Assembly: GCA_045533315.1 (NCBI GenBank)
Contig: JAZSHN010000097.1
Coordinates: 1-33,906 of the forward strand
Source: Eubacteriales bacterium
Lineage (GTDB): Bacteria; Bacillota; Clostridia; Oscillospirales; CAG-272
DNA length: 33,906 bases
Direction of reading: 5' to 3'
Shown: positions 17,690-26,900 of the stretch, piece after piece
Position numbering within the stretch: the first letter of the stretch is position 1
How the letters are laid out: the number at the start of each line of letters is the position of its first letter
Program-made: the position numbers and the translations under genes
The notes under the pieces: generated by a model
What the model was told of the DNA's origin: nothing
What the model saw: the letters and a program-made list of their open reading frames with translations, nothing else
Database searches by the model: none

Positions 17690-18157
17690 TTAATAATTCT
17701 TTTTGATTTCCAGCAGCCACTCCGCAAACATAAGAGTGACAAGTGCCATCGCAAAATAAAGCAATGCGTCACGGTATTCGGTAATATAGAGCTCCTCCGC
17801 CTCTGTAAACGGGAGAGCCTCCACCGTTTTGGTCGTGTCCGATTCGGAGGCGGGAATTTTTACGAAAAAGCTTTCCTCGGGCAGCTCCTTTCCGCCGACC
17901 GTTGTCTGCGTCAGGGTGTATGTTGCGGGGCGGGTGGGGACAAATTCGCCGCTTGCGCCCTTGTATATCTCCTCTCTGCCGTCGCCCGACACCGTAAGCG
18001 TATCGCCCCTGCCGTTAAGACTTATGCTCTCCCCGACCTCAAAGACGTTGCCGCCGAGGGCTTCGGGAACGAAATAACCGAACATATTTAAAATCAAGGT
18101 TGAAAAATCGGGCAAGGCAATAAGGTTTGAATAATTCAGGTCAAACGCCCAAACCAC
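17690..18157 (-). CDS. C-terminal fragment, ending in a TM helix, of the BatA_N/VWA-like gene interrupted by an in-frame TAA
   Basis: 155-aa ORF in the same frame as 18179-19591, separated from it only by TAA (18179-18181) plus 7 sense codons. Its 'start' is a GTG with no properly spaced RBS. It ends 'ALLYFAMALVTLMFAEWLL', the C-terminal anchor expected for the full-length protein. Confidence 0.6.
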   Translation of the reverse strand: MVWAFDLNYSNLIALPDFSTLILNMFGYFVPEALGGNVFEVGESISLNGRGDTLTVSGDGREEIYKGASGEFVPTRPATYTLTQTTVGGKELPEESFFVKIPASESDTTKTVEALPFTEAEELYITEYRDALLYFAMALVTLMFAEWLLEIKKNY

Positions 18158-18178
18158 AACCCTTGCTTCGGGGGTACT

Positions 18179-19591
18179 TTAAAGCCTCATTACAGGTCTT
18201 CCGTTAAAGAACATAAGCTCCTCGTAGCCCTCGCTCAACACGATATCGTTGTATTTCGCGATTGTTATACGCTGTGCAGAGGTGTATTTGGTAAGCTCGT
18301 GCGACGGTCCGTCGGTGAGAACGGAGCTGCTGTCAACCGCCAACGCGGAGCCAATCTGCAAATCCGAGCCAAGCGGCGCGGTTGTCGGGTCAACGAGCAA
18401 AACGACACCGTCGGTCGGAAGCACGTCGGGCATTTTATGCTCGAAAATGTAAATATCAAAGCCCTCGGTTGCAAACGGCTCGGATGCGCCGAGCATAGTA
18501 AGCTCTACGTCAAAGCTTTCTCTTTTGCTTTGGCGAATGCTACGCAAGGCACTCTCGAAGAAATTGTTCGGAGAGGATGAGGCGTATTGAATTTTCACAG
18601 GGCTTTTTTTACCGCCGTAAAGGAAGAAAAAGTTATCCTCCGCAAGGGAGTCCCTTACGCTTACGTATGCCTCAATATAGTCGTAGGAGTAAATAGCTCC
18701 CCCCGTAACGTCGTCGGAGGTGAATACAAGCTCCCTTTTTTCGGCTGACGGGTCAAAGAATTCGCCCTTTTCAAGAGTTACGGAGCTTGACGAATCGCCG
18801 TTAACTCCGTGTATCTTACAATAGACCGTAATAAAATCGGTTTTGCCGTAGCACGCCGCCTCTACCGTTATTCTGTAATGGTTATCGTTGTCAAGCTCGG
18901 CACGGCATCCGAGAATGCCGACGTTCCATTCCTCCGCGCTGGCTACGTTCACCACGCTTACGCCGTTTTTGTGTACGTAGTCCGTACCCGTGTAAAAATA
19001 CACGCCCGCAGACGGGTTGGATTCAAGCACCGATTCCGCCAAAGTCATTGCAGCAGAAATATCTGCCGCAGAATATATACATCTCTCCTCCGCTTCGGCA
19101 TAAAGAGCGTCAAGCGAATTGAGCGCGGTTGCCCTGTCCCCGCTTCCGAGTCTTGTGAAAACGAATTCGGGCGAATCGTCCGCAAGTATAAGACTTACCC
19201 GCGAGCCGCCGTCAAGCGTGCTTTCCACCTTTTTTCTCGCCTCGCTGACCGCGCGCTCGAACCTTGTGCCGTCCGAATCCTTTATCCTCATTCCCGCGGA
19301 GGCATCTATCACTATAACAGTTTCTCCCTCGTCCCTGCCGCCTACCGCCGCGATAACGGGGGTGGCAAGCATAACTCCGAGAGCTGTAAGTATCAGCACC
19401 TGACACAAAAAGGTCAGAAGGTTGTGTATTTTGCTTACGGGTATTCTTTGTTTTTTATATTTAAGGCTCTGTCGCCATATATACGTTGAGCTTATTCGCT
19501 TATTCTGATAATTCGGCTTGATTATATAAATTACAACTAGCACAATTAAGCTCGCTAAACCCAAAAAGCCAATGGGTGTCAGCCAATTCAT
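18179..19591 (-). CDS. BatA_N (aerotolerance-regulator N-terminal double-TM) + degenerate VWA-like protein, N-terminal 470-aa part
   Basis: ATG start with AGGCAGGA RBS. The N-terminus 'MNWLTPIGFLGLASLIVLVVIYIIKPNYQNKRISSTYIW' matches BatA_N. The VWA-like core 'VIVIDASAGMRIKDSDGTRFERAVSEARKKV' has a degenerate MIDAS (DASAG). It terminates at a TAA that is in frame with the next ORF. Confidence 0.8.
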   Translation of the reverse strand: MNWLTPIGFLGLASLIVLVVIYIIKPNYQNKRISSTYIWRQSLKYKKQRIPVSKIHNLLTFLCQVLILTALGVMLATPVIAAVGGRDEGETVIVIDASAGMRIKDSDGTRFERAVSEARKKVESTLDGGSRVSLILADDSPEFVFTRLGSGDRATALNSLDALYAEAEERCIYSAADISAAMTLAESVLESNPSAGVYFYTGTDYVHKNGVSVVNVASAEEWNVGILGCRAELDNDNHYRITVEAACYGKTDFITVYCKIHGVNGDSSSSVTLEKGEFFDPSAEKRELVFTSDDVTGGAIYSYDYIEAYVSVRDSLAEDNFFFLYGGKKSPVKIQYASSSPNNFFESALRSIRQSKRESFDVELTMLGASEPFATEGFDIYIFEHKMPDVLPTDGVVLLVDPTTAPLGSDLQIGSALAVDSSSVLTDGPSHELTKYTSAQRITIAKYNDIVLSEGYEELMFFNGRPVMRL

Positions 19592-19635
19592 TCCGTATTC
19601 CTGCCTTTAGTAATTATGAAAATTGCTTAACGGGG

Positions 19636-20664
19636 TTAAATTCCGTTAAAATACATCTCGAAAAATTCAATAACCTCCTCGGGAATGTCGGTTTCCGAGT
19701 CAAATATTCCCGTCGCGTATTGATAATAAAATTCAAGATAGTCCCTGTAATAGGTGGCACCGTCGATAAACTGGTTTCTGTCCTGCCATTTTCCGCCGCC
19801 GTTACCGTCGCCGTCGTCCTTGACGTTATCTCCGCCGATCTGATCGGAGCTGCCTCCGCCGCCCTCCTCGATAACGCTTCCGTACGGGAGGTCGTCCGCA
19901 GAGTCGCTGTCCTCCTCGTCGGGCGAGATACTGTCTATTTTTTCAAACACCGCCTTTACGGTGATATCCGAGTCAACGTTATTCTCGCATCTTTCGGGGC
20001 TTTTTTCCCCATCGCTCCAGCCGACAAACATCCATCCGTCCTCCGCAATCGCACGTACGGGCTCTGTCGATGCACCAAGCCTTGCACTTTGTGACTGCCT
20101 GCCTCTTATGTATCCACCGCCGTCAACCGTATATCTTACCTCAAAGCTGCCGTCTGCGCCCTGTGACATCAAATCTCTGCCATACGGGATTTTACCGAAG
20201 TGGGCAAAAAGACCGAGCATACCGAAGAAAAGCGAAACGGTTACAGTGACCGATATAACCGATGCAAAAAGCGGCGATACCTTAAATTTAATGCTTTCCG
20301 CAGGAAGCGCGGCAAGGCTTTCGAGGGCATCCCTGCGCTGAAGTCTTGCGATTTCGGAGCCGTCGTCATTAAGCTCCAGCATCGTTATTATTCTTTCCTC
20401 AAGTCCGTAGCGGTCAAGGCGTCCCGCCGCTGCCCTGTCGGTTAATCTGTACCTCAAAAGGTAGGTCGCGATGCCGAATGCGACACCGCCGCAAAGACCC
20501 GTAACCGCACCGAGCCATACCGCACCGAAGCCGAGCATCCAGTATAAAAGCGAAAAAATCCCGCCGACGAGAAAGCCGACGCCGACCCCCGCGAATACCG
20601 ATTTCAGAATGCCGTGTGTCAAAAGGCGGCAGTAGTGCTTGCCAAAAATTTGCTTTACGTTCAT
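19636..20664 (-). CDS. Three-TM membrane protein with one extracytoplasmic Flg_new module and an acidic/Gly-rich, Tyr-rich tail
   Basis: 342 aa with AAGGAA RBS. It has two N-terminal helices (VFAGVGVGFLVGGIFSLLYW / AVWLGAVTGLCGGVAFGIATYLL) and a third at 'ASVISVTVTVSLFFGMLGLF'. The Flg_new motif is 'EDGWMFVGWSDGEKS...DITVKAVF'. The tail reads 'EEGGGGSSDQIGGDNVKDDGDGNGGG...YYRDYLEFYYQYA'. Confidence 0.8.
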   Translation of the reverse strand: MNVKQIFGKHYCRLLTHGILKSVFAGVGVGFLVGGIFSLLYWMLGFGAVWLGAVTGLCGGVAFGIATYLLRYRLTDRAAAGRLDRYGLEERIITMLELNDDGSEIARLQRRDALESLAALPAESIKFKVSPLFASVISVTVTVSLFFGMLGLFAHFGKIPYGRDLMSQGADGSFEVRYTVDGGGYIRGRQSQSARLGASTEPVRAIAEDGWMFVGWSDGEKSPERCENNVDSDITVKAVFEKIDSISPDEEDSDSADDLPYGSVIEEGGGGSSDQIGGDNVKDDGDGNGGGKWQDRNQFIDGATYYRDYLEFYYQYATGIFDSETDIPEEVIEFFEMYFNGI

Positions 20665-20746
20665 CTATATGTTCCTTAACGAATTGAATTTCAAGGTTGA
20701 TTTCAAATTTAAATCGCCATAAAAGGCAAAGAGCTCTAAAGCCTTC

Positions 20747-20809
20747 AAAAGCCGAAAATTGCTTGTAAAGAGCCGAAAATTGCTTGTAAAAAGCCGAAAA
20801 TTGCTTGTA
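20747..20809 (-). repeat. Three perfect-period 21-bp tandem repeats in the 300-nt gap upstream of the 342-aa gene
   Basis: Plus-strand units are aaaagccgaaaattgcttgta / aagagccgaaaattgcttgta / aaaagccgaaaattgcttgta at 20747-67, 20768-88 and 20789-809. There is one substitution in the middle unit. Confidence 0.9.
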
Positions 20810-20964
20810 GACTCTGCATTGGGTGCGCTGTAAGGGGCAAATGCACCCGCCCCGTTGGGGGAGACCCGCAAAGAGCGAGCCTCCCTTTTGTTTTGGGGTT
20901 ATTCACGCGCTTTTTCGCCGTCATCGGCGTTGCGCAAACGGGCTTGCGGTCATCGGACCGCCGT

Positions 20965-23900
20965 TTATACCCTTGTAAAGGTGACCTCGAAGCTGCCGGA
21001 CTCTCTGCTTTGGTCCTTATATCCAACTCCGATAAAGTAGGTGCCCTCCTTCACAAAGGTGAAATCGTAGTTAATATCGTGGATTAAATCCGACGTTTTC
21101 GACGAATATTCAAGTATTACGTTTCCGTAAGCGTCGTAAATCCATATTTTGTGATAGCCCATACCCGACGGGGTTGCGATATTCCACACATCACCCGCCG
21201 CGGCGGTAAGCTTGAAGTAATTTTGCGTCCCCTTTGCCCTTATATCAACGGCAAGGGTGGCTGTGCCGAGAAGGTCGTGAGCATACTCCATTGACTGACC
21301 TCTCAAATATTTTTCAACGTATTCCGCCTCGTCCATATAGGCTGCATAAAGCTCGGTTTTTGACGAGCTGTAATACTCGGCGGGCAAGGGCTCACCCACA
21401 AGCTCCGCGTTATCGTACCAGCCCATAAATACCTTGCCATCAATGCTCGGTGTCGGGAGCTTTATCGGGTTGGAGGAAACGACGGGCTCGATAGCAGAGG
21501 CTCCGTTGGTGTTAAAGGTATAGGTGATTTCCGCGCCCGTATATCCGACGAAGACGGGGTGACCGTTATTCCAATTATTGGGCCACGTGTCGGGTATCGC
21601 CTCCGACATAAGGAGTATGGCGCGAAGATTGTCACAGCCGTCGAACATAAAGCTTCCCTGCAGGGTTACGCCCGACGGAACGATAACCGCCTGTACCGAG
21701 GTGTCCATCGAGAACATATACGGTGCAAGCTCATAGCTTCCGTCGGGTAATCTGATAACGCTTTCATCACCCTCGTAGCCGATGAGCCTTTTTACTCCCG
21801 AAACCGTGGTGAAAAGGAATTCTCCCTCTCTTTCGATAACAGAGCTTCCCTCCGTGGGGGTGAAAATATTCACCCTTGCACCGATGTAGGAGTTGATGTT
21901 TATGTAGTCAATGTAGGTATCCTTTGTTATATTTTCGATAGAGGATTCGTTATAAACCTCGTAGAGCTTTGCACATTTACTGAATGCGGCATAGCCAATC
22001 GTTTTAACGTTCCTCGGAATCGTTATGGAGGTAAGTCCGTAGCACTCCCTGAATGCATAAGAGCCGATTGAAACGAGTCTTTCGGGAAGCACGACGCGTC
22101 GTATCTGATAGCATCCGTCAAAGGCATAGCTTCCGATATTGAGAGCCGCGGTTCCGCCCTCCTCGAATATGACCTCCTTTATTCCCGTGGAGTATCTGAA
22201 GTTGCCCTCTCTGATTTCGACAACCTCCTTTGGAATGAAAAGAGTGGTAGAGGCGTATTTCGGCGGGAAATACACAATCAGGGTTTTGGACGCGTTGTAT
22301 ATAATTCCGTCAACAGACACAAGGCTTCTGTTTTCCTCGGCAACTTCAAACTCCTCCACCGAGCTTCCGCGGAAGCAATCCTCTCCGATTTCGCCGACCC
22401 CCGAGGGGATAAATATATGCGTCAAGGACGTACAGCCCTCAAACATCCTTTCGGGAAGGCGGTCGGAGCCCGTGTTCATTTCCACGCGGGAAAGAGAGGT
22501 ACAGCCCGCGAAAGTGCCTTCGCCGAGCTTAACCGTTCCTCTGTGGATAACGATTTCGGAAAGCGAGGAGCAATCCGCAAAGGCAAAATTACCGAGTGTG
22601 CCAACGGTGGACGGAATACCAAAGCCGACAAGCGAGCTGCAGCCGCGGAAGGCGTAATCACCGATTACGGTGCAGAAATCATCCCCCTCGAAGCCGAACT
22701 CGGAAAGAGCCTTGCAGCCCTCAAAGGCTCCGTTGTCCTTTGCTCCGCCAAGCTCTCTTACAAGCGTGGGGACGGAGAAGCTCTTAAGCGAGGTGCAGCC
22801 GTAGAAGCAGCCCGCGGGAATAGCCTCCAGCTGTGAGCCCGATGCAAACGAAACGCTTTGAAGCTGCGAGCAGCCGTAGAAGGCGGAGGCTCCGAGCGTT
22901 TTAAGGCTTGCGGGTAGGTGAACGGTTTTGACGGAGGAGCCTTTAAACGCCTCCTTGCCGATGGCTTCAAGCCCCTCGCCGAAGACCAGCGACTCAAGCC
23001 TTGCGGCTCCGTAAAACACACCGTCGCCGACGGTAGTTATACCACTCGGCAGAATTACCGCAACAAGCGGAGTGCCGGCAAATGCATAGCCTCCGATAGC
23101 GGAAAGCTGATATACCTCGGCACTCTCAAAGCTCAAGAGAGCGAGCTTTGAATTGCGGAAGGCGTCGTTTCCTATGTAAGCCAGCCTTGCGGGAAGCTTT
23201 ACCGCACCGACACCCGAGCCGCCAAAGGCTCCGTCACCGATAACGAGCTTTTTGCCCTCGCCCTCCGCGAAAAGCAGGCTTTCAAGCGACAGGGTATTCG
23301 AGAATGCGCCATCGCCGATTATTTCAACCGATACGGGAATTGTTACGGCGGTAAGCGCGCTGCAGCCCTCAAAGGCTCGCTCGCCGATTTCAACAAGTCC
23401 CGAGGGCAGGAATACGGTATGAAGGCTTTCGTTGCCAGCAAAAGCTCCCGCGCCGATGGAGAGTGCTTCCGAATTTACCGTATATTCCGCGTCTGTGCGT
23501 CCGTAGGGATAAAGCAGAAGTACGGTCTTGTCCTTGCTGTAAAGGACGCCGTTTTCCGAGCAAAGTCCCGCATTTTCGGACGGAACGTATATATTTTTCA
23601 GTGCCGTACAGCCGTCGAATACCGAAATATCGAGGCTTTCGAGATTTTTGGAGAGCGTTATGCCAAGGAGAGAGGACGCATTGTTAAACGCACCTTCTCC
23701 GAGCGAGCCGACACCCGAGGGAAGCGTTATGCTTTCGATAGCGGAAGCACCGTAAAAGGCATAGTCGCCGATATAGGAGAGATTGCTCTTTCCCGCGAAG
23801 GTGACGGAGCTGACGCCGTTACAGCCGAAAAAGGCGTAGTCCTGTATTCTCGTTACCGAGGACGGAATAACAACGTCGGCAGAAAGCGAGGTCGGGCAGT

Positions 23901-26900
23901 AAACAAGCTCGCCCAAATCCGCGGTATAAAGCACACCGCCACTGACCGTGTAGGGGCAGCCCTGCTCGCAGCCTATATCCGAGAGGGAGCGCGCACCGTA
24001 AAATACCAGCGCGCCGTTTGCGAGGGGCGGGATAACCGAGCCGTCCGCGCTTACGTAGGACGAAAGCCTTGCGGGTAATTTGATTGACGTGAGCTGCGAC
24101 TGGTTTTCAAAGGCACCGTAGCCTATCGTCAAGGGATAGGAATTAAAATCGGTAAGGAAGGTGATTTCGGTAAGCCTTCCGACGGATACCGCAAATGCGT
24201 AATCACCGATACCGAGTCGGTTGTAAAGCGAGCCGTATTCCTCTATCGGCTCAAGATTTCGGACGGTTGCGGGAACGGTAAAGCTCACAAGCTGCGACTT
24301 GTAGAAGCAGAACGCACCGATTGTTGCGAGCCTCGAATCGGCAGGCAGGCTTACCCTGAAGCCGAAATCACCCGATTTTGTAAAGCAATAATCCCCGAGT
24401 GCGATGACGTTGGGCGAAAGGCTGACCTCCGTAAGCCGTGTACAGGAGGCAAAGACGTTGCCCCTTTCGACAGAGAACATCTCCACCCCGTCGCTTTCGT
24501 ATTTTCTGCGATATGCCGTACCGATTGTAAGGTCGGGCGAATCATCCGTTCCAAGAAAGCTTACGGTGGTAAGCATCTGACAGTTTTCAAAGGCACGCGC
24601 ACCGATGGTATGTACCGAGGCGGGAATCTCAAGCGTGCTTATCGGCACCTGATAGGTATATGCGGATGCGGCAAAAGCGTATGCACCGATTACCTCAAGA
24701 GAGACGGGGAGCGTCAGCTCTGCAAGGTTATAGCACTCGTAGAAGGCATAGTTACCGATGCTCTTTACCGAATCGGGAATAATCGCGGAGGTTATTTTTG
24801 CATTTTTGTAAAAGGCAAAGTCGCCGATTGAGGTAAGCGCAGAGCCTTCCGCGGTGAATTTTACGTCCATAAAGCGATGTGCGGTGACGTAAGACGTGCT
24901 TAACGTTTCGCCCGAGAAGCAATATTCGCCGATTGACACAACGCTCGCAGGTATGACGAGCGCCGCGCCGTTGTCGTTGCTCGGATTATAAAAGGCATAG
25001 CTTCCGATAGACTCAAGACCGTCGTTTAAAAGAATTTTTTTGTAGAAAACTTCGGCAAAGGCATAATCGCCGATTGATTTTGTATGCGGGGGGAGAGTGA
25101 AGTCGTATCCCTCAAACCTCGCCCCTTCAAATGCGGATTTGGCGATAACAAGCTCGTCGGCATATACGTCGCCCATAAACACAATTCGGTCTATGTCCGT
25201 GTTCTTGAATGCCTCCTCTCCAATGTAGGAAACCGTGTTGGGGATAACGAGCGCGGTGAGCGACCTGTTGCCCGCAAACACTCCCGCCGCGACAGAGGTA
25301 ACGGTATCGGGAATTGCGTATTCACCGCCCTTTCCCTGCGGGAAATATATAATTTCGGTTTTATCCTTGTTAAAGACAACGCCGCCCTGGCTTGTGAAAT
25401 AGGGGTTGTTTTTATCAACCTTTACCTCCTTTAGGGAGGTACAACCGCCGAATATACCGGGAATAACCGACACGTTGGCGGGTATATTTACCGTTGTAAG
25501 GGCGGTACAGCCGCCAAACACGCCTTTACCGAATTCAAGCGCCCTTTTTCCACCCTCGAAGCTCACACTTTCAAGCCCCTTGCAATTCTCGAATGCGCCG
25601 TCCCTGATTAAGACGACCGACGACGTTATAGTAAAGCCCTTAAGAGAGGTACAATTGAGAAAAGCTCTCTCGCCGATAACCGAAATCTGACTGCCCTCCT
25701 CAAACATAACCTCCGAGAGGGAGGTGCAATTCGCAAATGCCCTGTCACCCACGGTAACCGAGCTGAAGCCCATTCCCTTAAAGGTAAGCTTGCCGATTTG
25801 AATTGCCGAGAAGGCGTATTCTCCGATATATGTTACCGTATTCGGAATAACAATCTCGGTTATGAGGTCACAGCCGACAAAGGCACCCGATGCAATAGAC
25901 TGTGTACCCGGGGCAATGTTAACAACACCGCGCTTTGCCGTGGGACAGTATATAAGCTGCCCTCCGTCTGCGGAATATATCATTCCGTCAACGACGCTGT
26001 AATAGTGAGAGCCGCTTGCCACCTTTACCGATTCGAGAGCCGTACAGCCGACAAAGGCATAATCCGCACTCTCGCAAAAGGCTCCGCTTGAATTGAGATA
26101 GTATTTGCTCAAATCCAAGGAAGAAAGGCGAGTGGGGAGGGTTATATTTTCAAGAGCCGTACAGAATGCAAAGGCTCTTTTTCCGATGGAAAGCTCCTTT
26201 TCGGTATCGCCGCGCGAGAGCGCAAAGGCTACCGTTTTCAAAGAGGCGGCACGGTTAAAGGCATCGTTTCCGATTTTTGTAACGTCGGCAGATACGGTAA
26301 CCGAAGCAAGAGCCGAGTCTGTGAACGCTCCCTCCGCTATTTCACCGATTCCGTCGGGGATAACGTAGCTCCCCGTTCTGCCCGCGGGCATTCTCAAGAT
26401 GGCTGCGCCCGTGGACCTGTTCTCTATGAGAACGCCGCCCTCCGATTTGTATTTCGGAGAGCCTACACCCTCGACCGCATACACGTTTATGTCGGTGAGC
26501 GACGAGCAGCCCGCAAAGGGGTCAAGCCCCGAAATCACCTCCACCGTCGCGGGAATGCTTACCGTTTTAAGACCGATACAGCCCGCAAAAGCTCCGCCGT
26601 CAATCATCGCAACAGGCAGGCCGTTATGGTAGGCGGGCACGGTAACCTCCGCAACAAGCGAAATTCTCGGACCCATAGATACGGCGTAGGCATCACGTCC
26701 GTTAACCTTTACCTTGTTAAAGACGAGCGTTTCGTCTATCCAAAAGGCGTAAAGCTCCTTTCCGCCGACGGTATTCCACGGAATAAGACTGTTTCCAAGG
26801 GGGTCGGTGTACTGTGTACCCTTTCCGTACGGTGCCTCGAACCATCCTCCGAAGGATAGGGTGACTTCATTCGCCACGGGGATTTCAAGAGTATAGTCGC

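Noticed and set aside
18179-18181. Possibility that the in-frame TAA reflects stop-codon reassignment or an alternative genetic code
   Set aside because: TAA is the terminator of several well-supported genes in the same window (stops at 242, 1572, 2234, 3792, 4408 and 20965). A genome-wide reassignment is therefore not tenable, and a nonsense mutation or consensus error is more likely.
20665-21026. 68-aa and 93-aa minus-strand ORFs spanning the 21-bp tandem repeats ('FTSNFRLFTSNFRLFTSNFRL', 'LQAIFGFLQAIFGSLQAIFGF')
   Set aside because: The peptide repeats are just translations of the DNA tandem repeat in two frames. There is no RBS, and one ORF overlaps the 3' end of the giant gene. I treat the region as non-coding.
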